NCBI GenBank assembly: GCA_007376485.1
Contig: VMGJ01000001.1
Coordinates: forward strand, 113,922 to 177,921
Reading direction: 5' to 3'
Source of the DNA: Parcubacteria group bacterium Licking1014_17
GTDB taxonomy: Bacteria > Patescibacteriota > Minisyncoccia > 2-02-FULL-40-12 > IGHO2-01-FULL-4-A
DNA: 64,000 nt
The stretch's first letter is position 1. Each line of letters opens with the position of its first letter. The notes beneath the pieces were generated by a model, which ran no database searches, was not told the DNA's origin, and saw nothing but the letters and a program-made list of their open reading frames with translations. The position numbers and the translations under genes were made by a program. Positions 50,389 to 58,137 of this stretch are shown piece after piece.

Positions 50389-51744
50389 ATGCCGGAAAAG
50401 AACGGAAAAATAAACGACCAACTGCCGCCGCAAAACATAGAAGCGGAAAAAGGCCTGCTTGGGGCGTTATTGATTGATAAAGAAGCAATCCATAGAGTGG
50501 TTGATATTGTCGACTCGGATAATTATTACAGCCGCGCCCATCAGATAATCTATGAAGCGATGATGAGATTATACACCAAGAACGAACCTATAGATTTACT
50601 GACGGTTTCAAATATTCTCGAAGAGCAAAAACAGCTCGAAACAATCGGCGGCACAGGATATCTGACCTCGCTCGTCAATTCAGCGCATTCTTCCGCCCAC
50701 GCCGCCCATTACGCAAAGATAGTGGAGCGCAAAAGCATTCTCCGCGGGCTGATTGACAGTGCTTATGAAATAATCAGGCTTGGATATCAGGAAGAAACCG
50801 ATTTGGAAAATCTGCTTGATGAGGCGGAACAAAAACTGTTTTCAGTCACCCAGAAGTCAATTCAGCAAAAATTTGAATCCATCGGCAGTACTCTTAACGA
50901 AGCATTTGAAAGACTGGACAGCCTGCACAAGGGCGATGGCGTCATCCGCGGAATGCCGACGGGCTTCGCGGATTTGGATAATAAAACAGCCGGCTTGCAA
51001 AAATCCAACCTTGTAATCCTCGCCGCCCGCCCTTCAATCGGAAAAACCAGCTTGGCGTTGGATGTCGCCCGCCATGTGGCAAAATTCACGCCTGTCGGCA
51101 TATTCAGTTTGGAAATGTCGCGAGAAGAGGTAACCGACCGGCTGATTGCCTCAACAGCCGGCGTGAGCCTTTGGAAAATGAGAACCGGCAAATTATCCTC
51201 GCACGGCGAAAATAATGATTTCCAAAAAATCGCTGTGGCTCTGGATGAGCTTTCAAAAAGCAAACTGTTCATTGAGGACTCCTCAACTCTTTCGGTATTG
51301 CAAATGAGAGCCATGTCGCGGCGCTTACAGGCAGAACACGGTCTTGGGCTTATTATCGTTGATTATCTGCAATTGATTACGCCGAACCAGAAATTTGACA
51401 GTGCAGTTCAACAGGTTACGGAAATATCAAGAAATCTTAAAGCTCTCGCCCGCGAATTAAGTGTGCCGGTGCTCGCGGTTTCCCAGTTGAGCCGCGCCGT
51501 TGAAAGCAGGCCGAACCAGAGGCCGAAATTATCCGACCTTCGCGATAGCGGAAGCATTGAGCAGGATGCCGACTTGGTGATGTTTATTTACAGGGATGAT
51601 AAAGTGAGGCAGGACCAGAACGCTATGAAAACCAATGTAGCCGAAATAATAATCGCCAAGCACCGCAACGGTCCGACCGGTGAAGTAGAATTGTATTTTG
51701 ACGAGGAATCGGTATCATTTAAAGACCTGGCGAAGAATTTTTAA
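50389..51744 (+). CDS. dnaB: Replicative DNA helicase
   Basis: PPQNIEAE, ARPSIGKT, VDYLQL, LRDSGSIEQDAD, AKHRNGP; no intein. Confidence 0.98.
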   Translation: MPEKNGKINDQLPPQNIEAEKGLLGALLIDKEAIHRVVDIVDSDNYYSRAHQIIYEAMMRLYTKNEPIDLLTVSNILEEQKQLETIGGTGYLTSLVNSAHSSAHAAHYAKIVERKSILRGLIDSAYEIIRLGYQEETDLENLLDEAEQKLFSVTQKSIQQKFESIGSTLNEAFERLDSLHKGDGVIRGMPTGFADLDNKTAGLQKSNLVILAARPSIGKTSLALDVARHVAKFTPVGIFSLEMSREEVTDRLIASTAGVSLWKMRTGKLSSHGENNDFQKIAVALDELSKSKLFIEDSSTLSVLQMRAMSRRLQAEHGLGLIIVDYLQLITPNQKFDSAVQQVTEISRNLKALARELSVPVLAVSQLSRAVESRPNQRPKLSDLRDSGSIEQDADLVMFIYRDDKVRQDQNAMKTNVAEIIIAKHRNGPTGEVELYFDEESVSFKDLAKNF

Positions 51745-52340
51745 TGCCCGAAAAAATAAAAAAGATAATTTCTTTTCTGTCAAAATTGCCCGGAATCGGT
51801 CCCCGTCAGGCCACCCGTTTGGTTTTGGCTATGCTTGACTGGAAAAACTCGGACCTGGAGGATTTTGCTTCTGCGATTTCAGTTCTTAAGAAAGGACCGG
51901 TTTTATGCAGGCAGTGCTTTAATTTTGCCGAAGCCGAATTATGCTCCATTTGCTTAAACTCAAAAAGAAATCAAAAACATATTGCCGTCGTTGAAAGGGT
52001 TACCGATCTCCAGTCAATCGAAAACACCGGCTTATTTAAGGGCGTCTATCACGTGCTTGGGGGCGCGATCAATCCGGCCGACGGAGTTCTGCCCGAAAAG
52101 CTCAAAGTTGCCGAATTGGTCAGTAGGATCAAGAATCTTAAACATTCGGATGGCGGACTTGAAATCACCCTCGCCACGAATCCGAACGCATACGGCGACA
52201 CTACCGCCTTGTTTCTTGAACAGGAATTAAAGCCGCTGAAAGTGAAAGTCACCCGCCTTGCACGGGGATTGTCTTCGGGTTCAAATGTTGAATACGCGGA
52301 CGAAACGACACTGAAAAACGCGTTTAGGCATAGAAAGTAG
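51744..52340 (+). CDS. recR: Recombination protein RecR
   Basis: LPGIGPRQA, C4 zinc finger, YHVLGG, RLARG. Confidence 0.96.
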   Translation: MPEKIKKIISFLSKLPGIGPRQATRLVLAMLDWKNSDLEDFASAISVLKKGPVLCRQCFNFAEAELCSICLNSKRNQKHIAVVERVTDLQSIENTGLFKGVYHVLGGAINPADGVLPEKLKVAELVSRIKNLKHSDGGLEITLATNPNAYGDTTALFLEQELKPLKVKVTRLARGLSSGSNVEYADETTLKNAFRHRK

Positions 52341-52402
52341 ACACATAGTAACCGCCCCTGTGAAATCGTTTAGTGGATACTAATTTACTGGATATTTAAA
52401 AA

Positions 52403-52430
52403 AACGACCCAAGTGGAATCTCGGGTCGTT
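52403..52430. terminator. Terminator between recR and the radical SAM gene
   Basis: AACGACCC/GGGTCGTT with an A run. Confidence 0.75.
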
Positions 52431-53233
52431 CATGATTTACTGAAGGTCCGAATAATGTTGTCAAGATAACACGTTTTTGAGACTACCTGTCTCCACTTGT
52501 CAAAGATGTCTGGGTCAAAGATATTACCAAGAGGAACGAGGCGACAAATATTCATGTCATCCTCGGGTATTGTTACCTGGCCATCGGATTCGACGAAGAA
52601 ATATGCGTGATTTCTATCATTCCTTCTCGACACAACCACGCTGAACGAATTCTGAAATTCCTCCCTGATTGTTGTCACTGCCTCATTGAAGGAGTCATCA
52701 GTCACCTCAAATAAATGTCTGCTCAGAATGGCATTCTCTTGAGGCGTGAACTGATACAACTTCCAAATAGAAACAGGGTAACGCCTGATCAAGTTTCCGA
52801 TGGCTTTCAAATCATGACCGACACGAATTATCGGTCTCTTTGAGATTGTTGCCATGTACTCCAAGGCAGAAAATATCCTATCAGCGTCTCTGCGTTGAGC
52901 GTTCATAACAGGAAGCCCTATCACGTCGACATTGCAACAAATCAAATCTTGGTATGAGAGAAAAAAGTCCGCATTGGTGTCTAAAAAGACATCGAATCCG
53001 GATTTTTTCAAATGGAACATCACCTCGGGAAAATCGTTTCGAATGGTTGGTTCCCCTCCTGTTAAGAGAATGGACTCTGCGCCATTAATTTTAAGAACGC
53101 TGAAAACGCGTTTTAACGTTGAGAGGTCCATCTCTGGAACGTTTTTGGGGGCAAAACAATGCAGGCACTTACGACTACACCGTGCGGTGATTCGTAAAGA
53201 TACTACCTTGGGAACAAGTTCTTTTTTATTCAT
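52430..53233 (-). CDS. Radical SAM protein
   Basis: CSRKCLHC, LTGGEP, WKLYQF; SD GGGAG; TTGACC-17-TAGAAT at 53284..53312. Confidence 0.88.
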   Translation of the reverse strand: MNKKELVPKVVSLRITARCSRKCLHCFAPKNVPEMDLSTLKRVFSVLKINGAESILLTGGEPTIRNDFPEVMFHLKKSGFDVFLDTNADFFLSYQDLICCNVDVIGLPVMNAQRRDADRIFSALEYMATISKRPIIRVGHDLKAIGNLIRRYPVSIWKLYQFTPQENAILSRHLFEVTDDSFNEAVTTIREEFQNSFSVVVSRRNDRNHAYFFVESDGQVTIPEDDMNICRLVPLGNIFDPDIFDKWRQVVSKTCYLDNIIRTFSKS

Positions 53234-53328
53234 ACACACTCCCTATGTCAATGAGCATAATCGTAACCAAAAAACTGACTCTGATTCTATACTCAAATAT
53301 TTTGCGGGTCAAATGGTGGAATTGAATC

Positions 53329-53361
53329 GCTCGCCTCGCTGAAGCCTTCGGTGAAGCGAGC
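53329..53361. repeat. 33-nt REP-like palindrome (stand-alone)
   Basis: GCTCGCCTCGCTGAAGCCTTCGGTGAAGCGAGC; matches 41700..41732. Confidence 0.8.
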
Positions 53362-53379
53362 AAAATGGGAAAGACACGC

Positions 53380-53516
53380 TAAAAAACTGCTTTTGAGCAG
53401 TACAGCGAGCCAGTTTTGCTTGGTTCCTCACCAGCGCGCTGGTGAGGGAAAACTGGTGAGCTATAAGCGAGGGCTTCGCTGGAAAGCCCGAGCATCTGCG
53501 AAAAGGCAGTTTTTTA
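53380..53516 (+). repeat. Structured intergenic repeat, subfamily A
   Basis: Shared core; closing stem AAAAAACTGC/GCAGTTTTTT. Confidence 0.92.
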
Positions 53517-53654
53517 AATTTCTAGACTCGTAAAACACAATCACCGCCTCTACCCCGAACCACGCAAAAAAGCCCATTTATATGATAACGGCTAAGCAGC
53601 AAAAATGGCTAGATGTAACACAGATTCAATGCCCGCGGGAGCGTGTTACGGGGC

Positions 53655-53975
53655 TTATGCGGCGATTGATAATATTTCCACTTTTGTAAATGGCTGACGA
53701 TGCCCCTTTTTCTTTTTGTAGCGGGTCTTGCGGGTATATCTGAAAACAATTTTTTTGTCCGATTTTCCTTCTTCCAGAACCTTGGCTCGCACTTTCGCGC
53801 CCTCAAGCATCGGTTTGCCGATGGTGGCAATATTGGCATTGTCGTCGCCAATCAATAAAACCTCATTAAAATCAAATTCATCACCGGGCTTGAACTCCAG
53901 CCTTTCAACCTCAATTTTGTCGCCCACTTCCACCTTATACTGCTTTCCGCCTGTTTTTATAACCGCAAATGACAT
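53655..53975 (-). CDS. rplU: 50S ribosomal protein L21
   Basis: FAVIKTGGKQYKV, KGHRQPFT. Confidence 0.98.
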   Translation of the reverse strand: MSFAVIKTGGKQYKVEVGDKIEVERLEFKPGDEFDFNEVLLIGDDNANIATIGKPMLEGAKVRAKVLEEGKSDKKIVFRYTRKTRYKKKKGHRQPFTKVEILSIAA

Positions 53976-54020
53976 AATTAAGAAATATAGCAAATATGCG
54001 GTTCCCCGTCAAACAGTTGC

Positions 54021-54803
54021 CTATTCCAAAAACACCTTTTTCGCCAAACCTCCAAAAGCATTAGCCCAGTTTTCCTTTGGAAAAATTTGTTTAATAAGTT
54101 TGATATAAAGTTCAATCTCATCAAGCGGGACGTTCTCTCCCCCGTAATCGGTGCCAAACATGATTTTTTTCTTAATTTCCGGGAAATACGCCATTATTTT
54201 TGCCAAGTCTTTTTTATATTCCAGATAAAGAAGTTTGGTTTCTTTTTTTGACGCGCCGGCATCTATAGTTCCGGAGATATCGGCATAAACATTCTTGTTC
54301 TTACTGACTACGCTGGCGCATTCATACATAAAAGGAAAACCGAAATGGCAGATGACTATTTTAAGGTCGGGATACCTGACGGCAATATCATCAACGTAAA
54401 GAGGGTTGGCAAATCGGAGAAGAGCTCGGCTGTCGCTGACGTCGCCGGAGTGGAATGCCAGCGGTTTGTTGTATTTCAGGCAGAGTTCGGCAACTGGCCA
54501 GACTCTGGAATCATTCGCACTGAAATACTGGTAGCCCGGGTATAATTTTACCCCTACAATCTCGCCTTTTTTGAACATACTCTCTATTGTCTTGAGTTGG
54601 ATTTTTATTTTTTCCGGCGCATTTATGTCTACCCCCGCCAGAAGCCGCAGGTTTTTCTTTGAAGCAACATATTTTGCCGTTTTCCGCAAGTCATCCTTGC
54701 AGTAATGCATAACAAAAGCCAGGCCAACGCGCCCTTTGGCTTTTCTCATATAAGACTGATATGTCTTTTCATCGTCAATATGTGTGTGAACGTCAATAAC
54801 CAT
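54021..54803 (-). CDS. Amidohydrolase_2 family protein
   Basis: IDVHTH, GVKLYPGY, FHSG, CHFG, FGTD. Confidence 0.92.
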   Translation of the reverse strand: MVIDVHTHIDDEKTYQSYMRKAKGRVGLAFVMHYCKDDLRKTAKYVASKKNLRLLAGVDINAPEKIKIQLKTIESMFKKGEIVGVKLYPGYQYFSANDSRVWPVAELCLKYNKPLAFHSGDVSDSRALLRFANPLYVDDIAVRYPDLKIVICHFGFPFMYECASVVSKNKNVYADISGTIDAGASKKETKLLYLEYKKDLAKIMAYFPEIKKKIMFGTDYGGENVPLDEIELYIKLIKQIFPKENWANAFGGLAKKVFLE

Positions 54804-54907
54804 TTCCGGATATTACCCCAAGTAGAAATGTAAATCAAACGACCCGACACACTTTCTTATTTTGTCAAATTAGGATTTATTTTGTTTATAAATATAAAAA
54901 AGAAAAA

Positions 54908-54936
54908 ACGGCAGATTCATAACGCGAATCTGCCGT
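54908..54936. terminator. Terminator
   Basis: ACGGCAGATTC/GAATCTGCCGT with flanking A runs. Confidence 0.8.
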
Positions 54937-54962
54937 GCAAAAAATATTGTCAGCCAGTAGAA

Positions 54963-55709
54963 TCAGACTACCGTAAGACAGCATTCCATTTCTAATTGCT
55001 CCCCCTCTTTGAGAAACCTACCATATTCAGAATCGGTGAATACGTCCGGGTCAGTTAAGGTGGGTTCAACGCAGAAATACTCATCTGGATTATCACTCCA
55101 TAATGTAAGGTATGACTTGGGACCGAAATCACCTCCCAATATCATTTTCAGCTTGTGCTCTCCGGACCTGACTAAAATAGGCTCATCAGCAATAATTCTT
55201 GACGACTTGCCGCAGAAGTCAGTTATCACACGAGAACCAACTCTGGCTATACCCCTTGTCATATACTCATCCGACCTGTCGGCGCAGAAATACGGATGAA
55301 AACCCGGGTTGATCGGTGCGTGAAGAAATTCCCCATCCTTCAATCTTTTTGCGACCAGCCCTAAAATCAAACTGCCGTAGAATCTGACCCTTATGGTTAC
55401 CCTGTATTCCAACAGCCACGGAAATCCAGGCATTTTTTCATTTGCCCCTCTAAAAACAATACAATCCCCTGAATGTTCGACAAGGTCAAAATCTTGATTT
55501 CTCAACCATCCGTGTTTAGGAATTGCATTGAAATCTTCAGGGGGCGTTCCAAAGAATGGGAAACAAATAGGTATGCCCCCTCTGGATTTTTGTCCAACTG
55601 TCATTTTTGAATAGATGATATTCTTGCCATGGATTGAAAAACTTCCCACAGTCGCGCCAATTGATGAAACACTGGCGCTAACATCTCCGTCTTCAATAAT
55701 TCTAATCAT
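54963..55709 (-). CDS. Aldose 1-epimerase / galactose-mutarotase-like protein
   Basis: RGGIPICFP, KHGWLR, GFHPYF, FCVEP; AGGAGG SD. Confidence 0.9.
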   Translation of the reverse strand: MIRIIEDGDVSASVSSIGATVGSFSIHGKNIIYSKMTVGQKSRGGIPICFPFFGTPPEDFNAIPKHGWLRNQDFDLVEHSGDCIVFRGANEKMPGFPWLLEYRVTIRVRFYGSLILGLVAKRLKDGEFLHAPINPGFHPYFCADRSDEYMTRGIARVGSRVITDFCGKSSRIIADEPILVRSGEHKLKMILGGDFGPKSYLTLWSDNPDEYFCVEPTLTDPDVFTDSEYGRFLKEGEQLEMECCLTVV

Positions 55710-55893
55710 AACTTACAATCCTCCTTTAATTGTCAAAGAATTATCTACAAATGGACAGCCCTAATGGTATCACTAAAAAACAAAAAAAGTCAAGTAGAGT
55801 TTTTTTACGTGGTATTGACAGAAAAATTTAAAAAAGTAAAAATAGCAGAAGTCCTTTTTATTCAATTAACCCCTAAGCCTGAAAGGAGGCCCT

Positions 55894-56202
55894 ATGGATC
55901 CAGAGGAGAGAAGTTCCTCACCTTCACTGCTGATAGAGGTTTGCAAGTGCCGTTTTCATGTCAACCTTTATTATGACAATGAGTACGTTGGGACGATTTT
56001 TTCCCAGTGGGGATTTCTTACGGCGGCGGCTAAAATATGGGAGGACAACAGAATTGAAGCGGAAGGTTTTCCCATGATTGATGATCTTGTGGGAAGTTTA
56101 GATTTGCCTATACTTTCAGAGGATGGGCTTGATTGGACAAATGAGCCCGTTGCGGCGTGTGGCTTCGTGTATTTCCCCAACGGCAGAGGAGGCAACGCGT
56201 AA
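55894..56202 (+). CDS. Hypothetical protein
   Basis: AGGAGG SD, TTGACA..TAAAAT upstream, terminator at 56221..56255. Confidence 0.7.
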   Translation: MDPEERSSSPSLLIEVCKCRFHVNLYYDNEYVGTIFSQWGFLTAAAKIWEDNRIEAEGFPMIDDLVGSLDLPILSEDGLDWTNEPVAACGFVYFPNGRGGNA

Positions 56203-56220
56203 TGCACCAAGAAAGTAAGG

Positions 56221-56255
56221 AAAAGGCGGTTCGGTTTCAGCCAGAGCCGCCTTTT
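56221..56255. terminator. Bidirectional terminator
   Basis: AAAAGGCGG/CCGCCTTTT. Confidence 0.85.
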
Positions 56256-56275
56256 ATAATTTGTTTAATAACCCG

Positions 56276-56348
56276 CAGCGCCAACCGGATTTGAACCGGT
56301 GTTCCATGGCTGAGAACCATGTGTCCTAAACCGCTAGACGATGGCGCC
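56276..56348 (-). tRNA. tRNA-Glu (CTC), CCA not encoded
   Basis: Cloverleaf; anticodon arm CATGG-TTCTCAG-CCATG; T arm CCGG-TTCAAAT-CCGG. Confidence 0.95.
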
Positions 56349-56398
56349 AATGATTTTTTATAACATAAAAACTTACTTGTTCAAAATTAAAAGCGGAG

Positions 56399-56533
56399 AA
56401 AAAACTGCTTTTGAGCAGTACAGCGAACCAGTTTTGCTTGGTCTCACGCCGGCGCGCCGGTGGGAGAAAACTGGTGAGGTATAAGCGAGAATTTCGCTGG
56501 AAAGTTCAAGCATCTGCGAAAAGGCAGTTTTTT
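56399..56533 (+). repeat. Structured intergenic repeat, subfamily A
   Basis: Shared core with compensatory stem changes. Confidence 0.92.
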
Positions 56534-56540
56534 AGGCTTT

Positions 56541-56597
56541 GGTGGATGAATTTTCCTCGCAGGCGAAAATCCAGTCCCGAAAAGCATATTGGCTCGC
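56541..56597 (+). repeat. Half copy of subfamily C repeat
   Basis: GATGAATTTTCCTCGCAGG...AGTCCCGAAAA matches the reverse complement of 23314..23366. Confidence 0.75.
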
Positions 56598-56607
56598 CTT
56601 AAATCTA

Positions 56608-57939
56608 TCACGCTGTACTCGCCCATTTGCCGGTCTGCCTAGTAAGCAATTCTTTGGCCAACTCCGGCTCGCCCATAATTTCTTTCACTATTTTTTCCAT
56701 CCGCATACTTTGCGAACCTTTAACCAAGATAATATCCCCTTCTTTCATGAGATTCTGAATCTTAATTTTCGCTTCTTCGGTGTCGTGGTAATAAAACACT
56801 TTTGCGGGACCTAAAATGCTTTCAGCCGCTTCGGCTGTGAATCGCGCCGCCTGACCGACTGCGATTACTATGTCGGCACACTCGCCGGCGCGGACGCCAA
56901 TCAGCCGATGAGCTTCGGTTTCGTATTTGCCCAATTCTTTCATATCGCCCAAAACGGCGATTTTCCGGACTTTCTTTTTCCCCAGACGCCGGGCGCTATT
57001 GCCGTATTCATTCAGAACATCCAGCGCCGCTATCGTGGCAATCGGCGAAGCGTTATAAGTATCGTCAATGAGAGTGGTTTCCTTGATGCCTTTCAGCAGT
57101 TTCATTCTGCCTTTTGGAAATTCAATCAAATCTAAGGCCTCCGAAATCTCAACCAGATTCAATCCCAGATGCGCGCCTACGACTACCGCTGTCAATACCC
57201 CATAAAGCTGGTGAGTGCCGAGGAAATTATGGATCCTAACCGGAATGAAATTTTCGCCTTGATGAATTTTAAAAGACAAGCCACCGATATCGCTCCGCGC
57301 GTCATTGGCGAAAAACGAAACTTCGGAAACCCGTACGTCTGCGCCGTCATAGAAACCGAACGTGCTCACGGGACACTTCGCGTATTTTTTCATATCCAGA
57401 ACCGTCTGGTCGTCATAGTTAAGCACCGCTAAGCCATTCACTGGCAGACACCTAATCAGCTCTGATTTTTCCATAATCACGGCTTCGGGACTAGCGTAAT
57501 ATTCAACATGAACCGGCACTTCGCCGACAGCGGTAATAACGCCTATCTGCGGTTTTACGACGTTAACCAGATAAGAAATATCACCCGGCCTATCCGCCCC
57601 GAGTTCCAGAACCAGCATTTTGGGAAAAGTGCCGCCAAGAATTCCGTAGGCTCTTAAAAGCGCCTTAAAAGCCGACCACAGAAAAATTATTTTCTTTAAA
57701 ATAGATTTGGGACCGTCCAGCGGTTTTACGCCCATTACTGTAAGTGGGACCCCGAATTCGTTATTATAATTTTCATCGTTCCTGACGGCGGTGAATTTAT
57801 GGCTTAAAACTCCGTATATCGCCTCCCGAGCCGTCGTCTTGCCGACGGACCCCGTAACGCCGATAATAATCGGCGTATGCCTTTGAATTAGTTTGACTGC
57901 TATGTGGCGCAAAAACCATTTTAAAACCTTTTTAATCAT
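56608..57939 (-). CDS. murF: UDP-MurNAc-tripeptide--D-Ala-D-Ala ligase
   Basis: GVTGSVGKTT, NNEFGVP, DDTYNASP, LGDMKELG, VKGS. Confidence 0.95.
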   Translation of the reverse strand: MIKKVLKWFLRHIAVKLIQRHTPIIIGVTGSVGKTTAREAIYGVLSHKFTAVRNDENYNNEFGVPLTVMGVKPLDGPKSILKKIIFLWSAFKALLRAYGILGGTFPKMLVLELGADRPGDISYLVNVVKPQIGVITAVGEVPVHVEYYASPEAVIMEKSELIRCLPVNGLAVLNYDDQTVLDMKKYAKCPVSTFGFYDGADVRVSEVSFFANDARSDIGGLSFKIHQGENFIPVRIHNFLGTHQLYGVLTAVVVGAHLGLNLVEISEALDLIEFPKGRMKLLKGIKETTLIDDTYNASPIATIAALDVLNEYGNSARRLGKKKVRKIAVLGDMKELGKYETEAHRLIGVRAGECADIVIAVGQAARFTAEAAESILGPAKVFYYHDTEEAKIKIQNLMKEGDIILVKGSQSMRMEKIVKEIMGEPELAKELLTRQTGKWASTA

Positions 57940-58133
57940 CCCGTACGAAACAAGAAACGCTTCAGTGTTGTCTGCGAATAACGTTTACTCTGTCTTATTA
58001 AATTGCTATACATATTTTTTATAACTATTTCTTTTTAAGCGTTTCCGTATAACATAACTAATTTATGAAAACACGGCACTTCTGTTCAAATACTTACGCT
58101 TTGTTAATCAGGCTTTAGCTGTTTCGTTCGGGA
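57939..58133. mobile_element. Start-codon-inserted inverted-repeat element, long subtype (195 bp), at murF
   Basis: Gene strand reads TAATGAA|TCCCGAACGAAAC...GTTTCGTACGGGA|TGAT; homologous to 15050..15242. Confidence 0.85.
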
Positions 58134-58137
58134 TTCA

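Noticed and set aside
35818-56533. Assignment of subfamily A to hammerhead, twister, pistol or a known riboswitch
   Set aside because: No CUGAnGA/GAAA or other diagnostic core was recognised, and the copies have no consistent position relative to downstream genes.
23314-56597. CRISPR array or integron attC reading of the repeats
   Set aside because: Copies are dispersed, 130-190 nt, with no regular spacers. There are no cas or integrase genes and no consistent RYYYAAC/GTTRRRY ends.
35810-56626. Mutually similar short ORFs (35810, 35823, 41541, 41547, 46664, 46725, 50071, 50108, 50173, 53351, 56411, 56444)
   Set aside because: They are translations of subfamily A repeats in varying frames and strands, with inconsistent starts; variation preserves base pairing, not codons.
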